A stretch of DNA of 64,000 bases from Candidatus Latescibacterota bacterium (GTDB lineage: Bacteria > Latescibacterota > UBA2968 > GCA-2709665). Where the stretch lies: positions 64,001 to 128,000 of the forward strand of contig OZ244937.1 of NCBI GenBank assembly GCA_965222075.1. Reading direction: 5' to 3'. A program made the position numbers and the translations under genes. Below are positions 28,587 through 38,066 of the stretch, in pieces. Positions within the stretch are counted from its first letter, which is position 1, and every line of letters begins with the position of its first letter. The notes under the pieces are model-generated. The model made no database searches. It saw nothing but the letters and a program-made list of their open reading frames with translations, and was not told the DNA's origin.

Positions 28587-29447
28587 ATGGCGAAGAATCT
28601 TCTGGAGATGCTGAAAGAGGACGTGGTTTTGAGTGACGGGGGGATGATCCTGGAGGCGAGGTGGCGCGGGTATGATACGCCCAGGGCGATTGTGGAACAT
28701 CCGGACGCGATCCGGCAGATTCACAGAGATTTCTACAATGCAGGCTCTCAGGTGCTTGAGGCGGTGACGTGGTTTTGCTCCAGGTCTCAGCTGGAGCGGA
28801 ATTTCGGGTGGGGAGACCGGCTGGACGAGGTGAACCGGATGGGTGTGCAATTGGCGGTGGAAGCGTCGGACGGGGAGGCGCCGGTGGGCGGGTGCCTGGT
28901 GTCGACCAGGACCGGGTCGTGGGAGGGCGATCCGATTTTCGATCCGGACGATGCGTCGTCGCACGCCCGGGCGCAGGCGGAGTGGGAGGAGCAGATTGCG
29001 ATCCTGGTGGATGCGGGCGCGGATTTTCTGATTCCCGAGACCTTCAGTCGACTGGATGAGGTGCGGGTGTGTCTGGAGAGTTGCAAGAAGGCGGACATTC
29101 CGACAATGGTGTTGATGGGCCTTGGGAACAGGACGCCGGACGGCGCATCTCCGGCGGAGTGCGCTCGCATTCTGGTTGACGAGGGCGCGGATGTTGTGGG
29201 CACGGTTTGCAGCGGCCGCCCAAGCAGCATGTGGCCTGTGGTACTGGAGATGCGGGAGGCGGTGGATGTGCCGATCGGCTATCAGCCGAGCGGTTACGCC
29301 GGCCCCAACGCGATGGTTCCCGTGGAGGAGATGGCCGAGTATGCCCTGAAGGCGAAGGCGGAGGGTATCAACTTCGTCGGCGCTTGCTGCTATGCCGGTC
29401 CCAAGCACATTCGGGCCATGGCCAAGGCTCTGGGCCGCAAGGGGTGA
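28587..29447 (+). CDS. Homocysteine S-methyltransferase family protein (paralogue 5)
   Basis: ATG 28587 after AAGGAGG; VVLSDGGM, GTVC, VGACCYAGPKHIRAMAKAL. Confidence 0.9.
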   Translation: MAKNLLEMLKEDVVLSDGGMILEARWRGYDTPRAIVEHPDAIRQIHRDFYNAGSQVLEAVTWFCSRSQLERNFGWGDRLDEVNRMGVQLAVEASDGEAPVGGCLVSTRTGSWEGDPIFDPDDASSHARAQAEWEEQIAILVDAGADFLIPETFSRLDEVRVCLESCKKADIPTMVLMGLGNRTPDGASPAECARILVDEGADVVGTVCSGRPSSMWPVVLEMREAVDVPIGYQPSGYAGPNAMVPVEEMAEYALKAKAEGINFVGACCYAGPKHIRAMAKALGRKG

Positions 29448-29814
29448 GACTGAAGGGGGTGAGATTTGCAGGGTTTCGGATATGGAGAGATCCGGCGTCG
29501 GGCGTGAGTGGCCGATGGGTGTATCGGGTTCTGAAGCAGGGGAAATAGCTTGGTACGGTACTGAGATTGTATTAACTTAGGCCAGGTTTATCCTGAGCAG
29601 CTTGAGGAGATGGGGTTCCGACTCTTATGTGCCGTGCGCGAACCTATTCTGGTACTGGCCGGAGAGGAATAGCATAGGCAAAAGATCGAACACCTTGAGA
29701 CCAAACCCGTTAAATAGGGAGAGGTGTCCAATCCCATGGCTTTGAGGCGGTGCTGGCCTCCAGGTGCCAAATCCGGAATGAGCAACGGAGCAGAATAATG
29801 GTGCACCAGAAGGC

Positions 29815-31761
29815 GTGACCTCGGCGCGCTTTGTCACCCTGTGTCTCGGGTCGCTGGCTCTGCTTTCCCTTGGCGGGGCCTGGCAATTGAGCTGGACCGA
29901 GTATGTGCGGCTGGCCCTGATCGGTGGGGGATTGGTCTGGATGTACCTTACCATCAGGAGGGGAGGAGCGGGCCACGCCGGTCCGGCTCCCGTCGTGGAG
30001 CGGTATTTCCCGCACATCCTGGCAGCCGTTTTCATTTTTCTTATCACCCAGTTCGACCCGGCGACAAGCCGCGTCGGTCTTACCTATCCGCGCGATCCGT
30101 TTAATTGGTATTTCTGGATCTCCAGCTTGCTGGCCGGGCTCGCTTTCGGGGCTACTGCCGTGAGCGCATTCAGAGGGCGGGCACCGGGCTGGGGGTGCCT
30201 CGACGCCGTGGACAAGCTGGTGCTAACCGTATGCGTTGGAACTGTCCTGCTGTCGGCAGCGGTCGGACTGGTCTTCGACCAGGCCGTGGAGTCGTCGGCG
30301 GTGCGGTGGGGCGGCGGCCTCAAGGTCGCCGCCTATCTCATGCTCTGGTTCGCCACGACCCGCTCCCTGCGGCCGGCCGGTGCGGACCCGCCGTCGGTCC
30401 GTTCCGCCGCACAGGTCCTGCTGGCGGTCGTGCTGCTGGTCTTTGCCGGGGTCGGAGTGGTGGGACTCTACCGCACGACGACGACCTGGTTCACCTATTC
30501 CAAGGGACAGGCGCTTTTCAAAGCGGAGGAGTACTCCGATGCCCTCTCCCATTATCAGCGAGCGCGGCGGGCCAATCGCACGCTCGACCTGGCTTGGATC
30601 CGCCGGGGATGCTGGTCGGCGTTGCTGGCTCTGTACCGCCAGCGCGGCGACCAGGGAGGTGTGGAGGAGGTGGTGGCCGAGGTCGCGACCTACTACGATA
30701 GAGGGCACGACTGCGGTTTCGTAGGAGATATGTACTACGAGGCCGGGTTGTGGGAGCAGGCGATTCCCTCCTACAAAGAGGCCCTGAGGGGGGGGTACAG
30801 CGACCAGAAAACAATCGACAAGCTGGCATTCTGTTATCTGAGGACGAATAACCGTACCGCCCTGGTGGAGCTCGTAAAAGGTTTTAAGTACATACCCGGT
30901 CTTCCTGCGACCACCTATGATGAGCACATGCTGCTGGGCGAGAGCAGTTTTTCGCTTGGGGCGCTGGATCGAGCCTTCTCCCGGTTCGAGCGGGCGGCCG
31001 CCCTGTCGCCGGACCATGATCTGGCTCCTTTCAAGATGGGCCAGGTGCGATTGGCCCAGGGCGATCCGCGGGCGGCCATGGGCCATTTCCGGCGGGCGGT
31101 CCAATTGAACGCTGGTTTTGCGGAAGCCCATTACCAGTTGGGGGTCTGCTACGAACGGCTGGAACAGACCCGGCAGGCGTACCAGGCCTATAGAGCAGCC
31201 CTGGAAGTCGTCCCCGGACATCTGAAGGCCCTGCAAGCGCTGGGGGCACTAACCGCCCACCATCCCTACTCCTTCGACCACCAGCGCCTGGAGCAGTATA
31301 CGCCCAGCATTCGGCTCGCCTATACCCTGGGCGGCTACGTTGAGTTGTTGGGTATCGATGTCGGCAGTCCGACCATTGCCCCGGGGCAGTCGGTGGAGAT
31401 CATATTCTACTGGCGGCTGAGCCGGGATCTTCTGCTGGAAGACTCGACCGACCTGAAAAGGTTTAGCGTCAAATTCTTCGTCTACGATGGTAATTTGCGC
31501 TTCCTGGTGGCCTTCCAGAGTCCCCTTTTCAGACCGGGCCTGAAGCAGTGGCGGATGGGAGAGGTGATCAAGCAAGAGGAGTCTTTCTCTATCCCGGAGT
31601 ACGCGGCTCAGGTCCGTCGCAACGGCGTTCAGTTGAATAAGGAGGAGGCGCGCCGGATACCTCTTCCCAGGGACAGGCCTTGTGAGATCAAAATCGGGCT
31701 GCGGAGAGAGTGGCGGTTGATCGATACGCGGCGCCTTCGCGGCGCCCTATACCTGGAGTAA
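29815..31761 (+). CDS. Membrane protein with tetratricopeptide repeats
   Basis: About seven N-terminal hydrophobic segments, TPR motifs (FAEAHYQLGVCYE, A...F.RA..L.P), beta-rich tail (VELLG.D...PG....I.FYW). Confidence 0.7.
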   Translation: MTSARFVTLCLGSLALLSLGGAWQLSWTEYVRLALIGGGLVWMYLTIRRGGAGHAGPAPVVERYFPHILAAVFIFLITQFDPATSRVGLTYPRDPFNWYFWISSLLAGLAFGATAVSAFRGRAPGWGCLDAVDKLVLTVCVGTVLLSAAVGLVFDQAVESSAVRWGGGLKVAAYLMLWFATTRSLRPAGADPPSVRSAAQVLLAVVLLVFAGVGVVGLYRTTTTWFTYSKGQALFKAEEYSDALSHYQRARRANRTLDLAWIRRGCWSALLALYRQRGDQGGVEEVVAEVATYYDRGHDCGFVGDMYYEAGLWEQAIPSYKEALRGGYSDQKTIDKLAFCYLRTNNRTALVELVKGFKYIPGLPATTYDEHMLLGESSFSLGALDRAFSRFERAAALSPDHDLAPFKMGQVRLAQGDPRAAMGHFRRAVQLNAGFAEAHYQLGVCYERLEQTRQAYQAYRAALEVVPGHLKALQALGALTAHHPYSFDHQRLEQYTPSIRLAYTLGGYVELLGIDVGSPTIAPGQSVEIIFYWRLSRDLLLEDSTDLKRFSVKFFVYDGNLRFLVAFQSPLFRPGLKQWRMGEVIKQEESFSIPEYAAQVRRNGVQLNKEEARRIPLPRDRPCEIKIGLRREWRLIDTRRLRGALYLE

Positions 31762-31769
31762 TCGTTGCT

Positions 31770-33056
31770 GTGACGGTGGCTATCCGAGTTCTGTTGATGG
31801 GCCTTTTCGTGTGTATCCCCCTGGTCCCCTTCCATTTCCTGAACCTGAACAAGCTCTCCGGCCCGCTCTTCCTGGGTGCCCAGGCCGTGCGCTTCGCCCC
31901 CTTTGGGGTGGGACTGATCATAGGCGTTCTGTGGGCGGCGCGCGTCCTGCGGCGGCGGGAATGGCCCGGGCCCCTGGCCGGGGTGCTGGTGGGTTTGTTC
32001 CTCGTCCAGGTGTTGTCGTCCCTGGGCAGTATCGATCCGCTGCAGAGCCTTACCAAAGCAGTTTACTACTTCACGACGGGCGAATTGCTGGGCCTGGCCG
32101 CGGCTTCCAGTTTTGGCGACCGGGCCGCTATCCGGCATTGCCTGGGGGTAGGAATAGTGGGGGCCGTACTGGTCAGTGTGTACGGGCTGGTGGACTACGG
32201 GTATCACTTGCCCTATTTGCGGGAGGACGTCTTCGCCTTAGGCAATCCCCTGATGACCCAGTTTCACCATACCGTACCCCGAGCCAGGGCCATTGCCACT
32301 ATCGGCAATCCGCTGCCCCTGGGCACGTACTTGGTTCTGATCTGCCCGTTTTTTTTCCTGGCCGTCTTCCAGACACGGAGAAAATTGATCAGGACCCTTG
32401 CCGTCATCGGGATCGCTCTGGTGGTGGGCCTGCTTTTTTGCACGTTCAGCCGCGGCGCCTGGATCGGGTTCTTTGCGGGGACGGCTCTGTTTTTCTGGTT
32501 GGAGCGGTCAAAGTACCTGATAGCCGTGGCCATTTTGGGGTTGCTATTCCTGGCAGGGGCCCGCGAAGCCGAAGTCATGCAGCAGAGAAATCTTTTTGAC
32601 CAGCTGGTCTTTGAACACCAAACCTATCACCGTACTCGTTCCTTCGACACGGCCACGACGATCTGGGCCGGCCAGCCTTTGTGGGGGACGGGGACGGGCA
32701 CTTACCGCTATCACAGCCGGAGCACCTGTCTCGACAAAATGCCCGACAATATGTACGCGACGATCCTGGTCGAGACCGGTTTGCTGGGGCTGGCCGGTCA
32801 CCTGTTTTTCTTCTGCGCCCTGCTGCATGGGCTGTGGCGCCTCAGAGGTGGGTGGAAACCGCCTCCGGCTCTGGCTCTGACCTGGGAGGACCGCGGGATG
32901 GCCCACGCCTTTCTCGCCTGCCTTGTCGGGCTGTTGGTGAATCTGGCGACCTGGGACGCGCTTTATTTTCCTCTCACCCGGAGTGTGTCCTGGATACTGG
33001 CCGGTCTGGCGCTGGCGTTCGTCCGCCTGTTCGATCAGGAGAGGGCCGAGAGATGA
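31770..33056 (+). CDS. O-antigen ligase / Wzy_C family membrane protein
   Basis: RA.ATIGNP, TFSRGAWIG, PLWGTGTG, DNMY...LVETGLLG; start chosen at GTG after GGAG. Confidence 0.8.
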   Translation: MTVAIRVLLMGLFVCIPLVPFHFLNLNKLSGPLFLGAQAVRFAPFGVGLIIGVLWAARVLRRREWPGPLAGVLVGLFLVQVLSSLGSIDPLQSLTKAVYYFTTGELLGLAAASSFGDRAAIRHCLGVGIVGAVLVSVYGLVDYGYHLPYLREDVFALGNPLMTQFHHTVPRARAIATIGNPLPLGTYLVLICPFFFLAVFQTRRKLIRTLAVIGIALVVGLLFCTFSRGAWIGFFAGTALFFWLERSKYLIAVAILGLLFLAGAREAEVMQQRNLFDQLVFEHQTYHRTRSFDTATTIWAGQPLWGTGTGTYRYHSRSTCLDKMPDNMYATILVETGLLGLAGHLFFFCALLHGLWRLRGGWKPPPALALTWEDRGMAHAFLACLVGLLVNLATWDALYFPLTRSVSWILAGLALAFVRLFDQERAER

Positions 33057-33100
33057 CGATGTGCCATGCGCCGCCCCCCGATCTTTGGTCCAGCTGAAAT

Positions 33101-34342
33101 ATGAAACTCGTCCTCTTCACCCAGTATTTCCCCCCGGAAATGGGGGCCGCCTCCACCCGTCTTTCGGAATTGGCGAAGCGTCTGGCGGCCATGGGCCATA
33201 CCGTACAGGTGATCACCGCCCTGCCCAACTACCCGACGGGCCGGATTTTTCCCGGCTATCGAGGAAAGATCCGGATGGTGGAGGAGATGGAAGGGATCCG
33301 GGTGATTCGGACCTGGATCTACCCATCCACATCCTCCCGGACGCTGCCCCGCCTTTTCAACTATCTATCCTTTGTGCTGACGAGTATATTGTTGGGCTGG
33401 TGGGGCCTGGGCCGCCAGGATGTGATTTTGTGCGAGAGTCCCCCACTCTTCCTGGTGCCGGCGGGCTTGGTCATCGGCCGGATCACGCGGGCGCGGATGA
33501 TCATGAACGCGTCCGACATCTGGCCCGATCTCGTCGTGCGCCTGGGCTATCCGTTGGGCTGGCTGTCCCTGAAGCTCATGCACTTTCTGGAGCGCTTCGG
33601 GTACCAGTGCTCCGATGTCGTCGCGGTGACCAATCCAGGGGCCATGGAGCAGATTGAGAAGCGTTTCCCCCGGGTGGAGACGACGGTCATCAGCAATGGA
33701 GCAGATCTGGATCTGTTCCGCCCATTGCTGAGGAGCCAGGCCGTGCGGACCTCCTTGGGCGCGGGGCCGGAGACCTTCCTGGTGGGCTATTGCGGCCTGC
33801 ACGGACTGGCCCAGGGACTGGAAGTGGTGGTCGAGGCGGCCGCCAGACTGCGGGACCACCCCCGGATAAGACTGGTGATGGTCGGAGATGGGCCAACCAA
33901 AGAGGGCCTGATGGCACGGACCCGGCAGCTGGAGCTGGACAATCTGCGCTTTGAGGAGTGCAAACCCAGAGCGGACATTCCGGCCATCCTGGCCTCGTGC
34001 GACGCCAGCCTGATCCCCCTGGCGGCGGAGTTGCCCGGGACCATGCCCTCCAAAGTCTACGAAGCGCTGGCCAGTGGGGTTCCAGTGGTCGTGACCCGGG
34101 GTTGTGAAGCCGAAACGCTGGTTGACCAGTTCCATGTCGGGCGCGCGTTCGCCCCGCTGGACGCGAAAGACCTGGCCGCGGTCCTGATCGACCTGGCGGA
34201 CCGGCCCGAGGCGTGGGCTCGGATGCGGCGGAACGGTATAGAGCTGGCCGCCCGCTTCGACCGCAAGGTCATCGCTGCGCGGACCGAGGCGATTTTCCAG
34301 GCTGTGGCCGCCGGCCGGCCCCTGCCGAAAGTAAGCTGGTAG
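33101..34342 (+). CDS. Glycosyltransferase family 4 (WbuB-like)
   Basis: TQYFPPE.GA, PNYPTG, SPPLF, DIWPD, PSKVYEALASG. Confidence 0.9.
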   Translation: MKLVLFTQYFPPEMGAASTRLSELAKRLAAMGHTVQVITALPNYPTGRIFPGYRGKIRMVEEMEGIRVIRTWIYPSTSSRTLPRLFNYLSFVLTSILLGWWGLGRQDVILCESPPLFLVPAGLVIGRITRARMIMNASDIWPDLVVRLGYPLGWLSLKLMHFLERFGYQCSDVVAVTNPGAMEQIEKRFPRVETTVISNGADLDLFRPLLRSQAVRTSLGAGPETFLVGYCGLHGLAQGLEVVVEAAARLRDHPRIRLVMVGDGPTKEGLMARTRQLELDNLRFEECKPRADIPAILASCDASLIPLAAELPGTMPSKVYEALASGVPVVVTRGCEAETLVDQFHVGRAFAPLDAKDLAAVLIDLADRPEAWARMRRNGIELAARFDRKVIAARTEAIFQAVAAGRPLPKVSW

Positions 34343-34472
34343 GCGTCCCTGAAGCCGGGGTCACGCTACAATCCAATTGAGTTGGATGAGTCACATCTGA
34401 ACGGCACGACACTACATAATTTCTGCCAGCAGGCAGCTTCTACGGCTATACGTACAGCGCATGAGGTGATCC

Positions 34473-35669
34473 TTGCGCAGCGAGTTCTTGCCCTTCCAGG
34501 TCCCCCTCATTGGGGACGACGATATCGCCGAAGTGGTGGACACCCTGCGATCGAATTGGCTCACCACCGGGACGAAGGTGCGGCGGTTCGAGGAGCAGTT
34601 CATGGCCGCCGTCGACGCCCCGGCGGCACTGGCTCTCAGTTCCTGCACGGCGGCCCTCCACCTGGCACTCAAGGTCCTGGGTATTGGGCCCGGCGATGCC
34701 GTAATCACGACCCCTTTGACATTCTGTTCCGGGGTCAACGTCATCGAACACGTCGGCGCCCTGCCCATCCTCGTCGATGTGCGACCCGACACGCTGAACA
34801 TCGACCCCGAGCGTATCCGGGAAGTACTGGAAACATGGGACAAGAAGGGGTCGGGAACCCGGGTCAAAGCAGTGATACCCGTCCACCTTTACGGTCACCC
34901 TTGTGACCTGGACCCAATAGTCGAGATTTCTCTGAAACACAACCTGGCAATTATCGATGATGCGGCGCATGCCCTGCCTGCCAGGTATAAAGGCCGTCCC
35001 ATCGGATCCATGGCCGCTTCGTGCCCGGTTCCCATCCTGACCTGCTTCTCGTTTTACGCCATCAAGAATATGACTACCGCCGAGGGGGGCATGTTGGTGG
35101 GGGATCCCGACCTGATCGAGGAGGCGAGATTGTGGAGCCTGCACGGGATGAGCCGGGCGGCCTTCACCCGGTACAAGGCGAGGGGGTGGTATTACGAAGT
35201 GGTCCATCCCGGGTTCAAGTACAATATGACGGACGTGCAGGCCGCCCTGGGCCTCCACCAGTTGGCTCAATTGCCGGCTTTCCACGCCCGGCGGGGCGAA
35301 ATCACACGGCGCTATATGCAGGCGTTCTCCCGGATAGAGGCTCTGGAGGTCCCCGCGCAGGCGGCCCACGTAGGCCACGCCTGGCACCTTTATGTCATAC
35401 GGCTGCAACTGGACCTGCTTGATATGGACCGGGCCGGCTTTGTCGAAGCGCTGAGTAAACGCAATATCGGTACGAGCGTGCATTTCATCCCTATTCACCT
35501 GCACGCGTATTACCGCAAGCAATACGGATATCGGCCTGAGGATTTTCCGGTTTCATACCAGGAGTACCAGCGCATCGTCTCATTGCCGCTTTACCCCAAA
35601 ATGAGCGACCAGGATGTGGAAGATGTGATTGTAGCGGTCGGCGACATCGCGGCGCGGTACGGCCAGTGA
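34473..35669 (+). CDS. DegT/DnrJ/EryC1/StrS family PLP-dependent sugar aminotransferase
   Basis: WLTTG, SCTAALHLAL, IPVHLYG, DAAHA, FSFYAIKNMTTAEGG, GFKYNM, SLPLYP. Confidence 0.95.
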   Translation: MRSEFLPFQVPLIGDDDIAEVVDTLRSNWLTTGTKVRRFEEQFMAAVDAPAALALSSCTAALHLALKVLGIGPGDAVITTPLTFCSGVNVIEHVGALPILVDVRPDTLNIDPERIREVLETWDKKGSGTRVKAVIPVHLYGHPCDLDPIVEISLKHNLAIIDDAAHALPARYKGRPIGSMAASCPVPILTCFSFYAIKNMTTAEGGMLVGDPDLIEEARLWSLHGMSRAAFTRYKARGWYYEVVHPGFKYNMTDVQAALGLHQLAQLPAFHARRGEITRRYMQAFSRIEALEVPAQAAHVGHAWHLYVIRLQLDLLDMDRAGFVEALSKRNIGTSVHFIPIHLHAYYRKQYGYRPEDFPVSYQEYQRIVSLPLYPKMSDQDVEDVIVAVGDIAARYGQ

Positions 35670-35694
35670 AGACCTGGGAAAGGAGGCGGACCCT

Positions 35695-36654
35695 ATGCGG
35701 TTGGGCTGGATAGGCTGTCATCGAGAAGGTATCGCCGCACTCCGGGGCCTGCTGGAGCGGGGGGTCGGCCTGGCGGGTATCGTAACCCTGGATGCTGAGC
35801 AGGCCCGCAAGAGGAGTGGGAGTGGGAGGGACGCCTACCGGGCGGTGTCCCGAGAATTTGGAGTGCCTCTGTACGAAGTGGCCAGTATCAACAGCCGGAC
35901 AGGTGTCGCCATGATGGAAAAGCTGGGACTCGATCTGGTTTTTGTGATCGGCTGGAGCCAAATCCTGCGCCCCCGCGTACTGCAGACCCTCGCAGTGGGC
36001 GCCATCGGGGCGCATGCCTCGCTCCTGCCCTGCAACCGCGGCCGGGCACCCATCAACTGGGCCCTCATCAAAGGCGACCGCCAGACCGGCAATACCTTGA
36101 TGTGGCTGGCCGATGAGGTGGATACAGGTGACATCATCGACCAGAGGGTCATTCCCATTTCTCCTTACGATACCTGCGAATCGCTCTATGAACGGGTGGC
36201 CGAATCGAACCGGGAGATGATCCTGGCCGCCTTGCCCGGCCTGTTGCGCGGCCAGCGGCCGGGCCGTCCTCAGCCGGCCGGGGAAGGGAACCTGCTGCCG
36301 GGCCGCCGGCCCGAAGACGGTCTGCTGGATTGGGGACAAGAGAGCGAGTCCATCTACAATTTCGTCCGCGCCCTCACCCGACCCTATCCGGGGGCCTTCG
36401 CCTACTTGGCGGGCCAGCGCTGGTTCATCTGGCGCTGTGCCTTGCTGCCGGGGAACTTGACGGAAGACCACGGGCCGGGACAGATCATCGGCCCGGTGTT
36501 CAGCCCCGACCCGGCGGCCTGCGGCCAACAGGTCGCCTGCGGTCGAGGGAGCGTCGTGCTGCTGGAAGCCGAGCGGGCAGGCGGCCCCCTCCTGCAGGGA
36601 TACACGTTGAGCCAGCAGCCGTGGGAAGGAGAGCAGTGGACTCGTGAGCCCTAA
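35695..36654 (+). CDS. Sugar N-formyltransferase (Fmt-like)
   Basis: IGWSQI, HASLLP..RG.APINW, VDTGDI, VRAL..PYPGAF; lies in a glycan cluster. Confidence 0.85.
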   Translation: MRLGWIGCHREGIAALRGLLERGVGLAGIVTLDAEQARKRSGSGRDAYRAVSREFGVPLYEVASINSRTGVAMMEKLGLDLVFVIGWSQILRPRVLQTLAVGAIGAHASLLPCNRGRAPINWALIKGDRQTGNTLMWLADEVDTGDIIDQRVIPISPYDTCESLYERVAESNREMILAALPGLLRGQRPGRPQPAGEGNLLPGRRPEDGLLDWGQESESIYNFVRALTRPYPGAFAYLAGQRWFIWRCALLPGNLTEDHGPGQIIGPVFSPDPAACGQQVACGRGSVVLLEAERAGGPLLQGYTLSQQPWEGEQWTREP

Positions 36655-37321
36655 GAAGATCCTGGTCATCGCCGCCCATCCCGACGACGAAATTCTAGGA
36701 TGCGGCGGCACCCTGGCCCTGCACGCCCGCAAGGGCGATCAGGTAGCGGGGGTCATCGTCTGCGAAGGGGAGTCGTTGCGCTACGGGACCGAGGGGGTCG
36801 GCCAGGATCGCCACATCCAGGCCGCTGCCGAGAAGGTAGGTATTGGACGTGTAGAGCACCTGGGTTTTCCCGACCAACGGCTGGATACGCTGTCTCTGGT
36901 GGAGATCATCACTCCTCTGGAGAAGATCGTGCGCAGCTTCGAGCCCCATATTGTGTATTGCCAGCACGGCGGAGACATCAACCGCGATCACCATCTGCTG
37001 TTCGAGGCTTTGCTGGTGGCCGTCCGGCCGACGGAACCCTGCATCGAGGCCATCCTTGCCTTCGATACGGCCAGCAGCACGGAGTGGGCGTATCCGCGGA
37101 CCTTTGTCCCCGATACCTGGGTCGATATCTCCACTACGCTTGAGACCAAGTTGCAGGCCATGGCCTGCTACCCCAGCGAAGTGCGGGAGTACCCCCACCC
37201 CCGGTCGTTGAAGGCCCTGGCCCACAGAGCCCGGACCTGGGGCAACCAGTGCTGTCTGGATGCGGCCGAAGTCTTCATGACGGTGCGGAGGATCTGTCGG
37301 AATGGCCATACGCCTGTTTGA
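36644..37321 (+). CDS. PIG-L/LmbE family deacetylase
   Basis: AAHPDDEILGCGG, DQRLD, D.N.DH, YPHPRS. Confidence 0.9.
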   Translation: MSPKKILVIAAHPDDEILGCGGTLALHARKGDQVAGVIVCEGESLRYGTEGVGQDRHIQAAAEKVGIGRVEHLGFPDQRLDTLSLVEIITPLEKIVRSFEPHIVYCQHGGDINRDHHLLFEALLVAVRPTEPCIEAILAFDTASSTEWAYPRTFVPDTWVDISTTLETKLQAMACYPSEVREYPHPRSLKALAHRARTWGNQCCLDAAEVFMTVRRICRNGHTPV

Positions 37322-38000
37322 CGTCATGCTCGCTCTGGTCCTTCTCGTGCTCTTGTGTCCGCTGCTGCTGGCTGCGGCTTTGGGCATTGCCTTGGCCAGT
37401 CCCGGCCCCATTCTCTATCGGGCGCGGCGAGTGGGGCTGGACGGACAGGTGTTCACGATGTTCAAATTCCGCACCATGCACGTGGCTCAGGCGGAAAACG
37501 CCGGCGTCATTACCGCTAAGAATGACGCCCGGGTTTTTCCTCTGGGGCGCTGGCTGAGGCGTTTCAAGATCGATGAATTGCCGCAGTTGTACCATGTGCT
37601 GAGAGGGGATATGGCCCTGGTCGGCCCCAGGCCGGAAGACCCCGAGATCGTGGACCGGTACTATACGCCCCTCCACCGGGAGACGCTCCGGGTGTTGCCC
37701 GGTCTGGCCAGCCCGGGCAGTATTTACAACTATACCCACGGCGAGGACCTGCTCCAGGCGGACGAGGTGGAGAAGGCGTATCTGACGCGCCTTCTGCCGG
37801 TCAAACTGGCCCTGGATATCGTCTATGTCCGGGAAGCCTCCCTGGGATACAATCTGCGCATCATCGGGCGCACGATCGGAGCCATTTCGAGCAAAAGACG
37901 GCGGGCGCCCAAGCCGCCCGAACTGGAAAGAGGCCGGGCCTTGATCCAGCCAGTCGACACGACCTTCTTGAGGGAGAACAGTTCAAAAGAACATGTTTGA
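37302..38000 (+). CDS. Initiating phosphoglycosyl (sugar) transferase, PglC/WcaJ-like
   Basis: One TM segment, FKFRTM, D.RV...GRWLRRFKIDELPQL, LVGPRPE. Confidence 0.92.
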   Translation: MAIRLFDVMLALVLLVLLCPLLLAAALGIALASPGPILYRARRVGLDGQVFTMFKFRTMHVAQAENAGVITAKNDARVFPLGRWLRRFKIDELPQLYHVLRGDMALVGPRPEDPEIVDRYYTPLHRETLRVLPGLASPGSIYNYTHGEDLLQADEVEKAYLTRLLPVKLALDIVYVREASLGYNLRIIGRTIGAISSKRRRAPKPPELERGRALIQPVDTTFLRENSSKEHV

Positions 38001-38066
38001 GGAATTTCACAGGGAGCGCGCAACGACCGCCGGACCTGAGCCCTGGTCTGGAGAGGACATACAGGG

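Noticed and set aside
15179-29447. Diversity-generating retroelement explaining near-identical HMT blocks
   Set aside because: No reverse transcriptase in the window, and differences are not confined to adenines
35695-36654. Housekeeping methionyl-tRNA formyltransferase (fmt)
   Set aside because: Lacks the FMGTP start and def/rsmB context; embedded in a nucleotide-sugar operon
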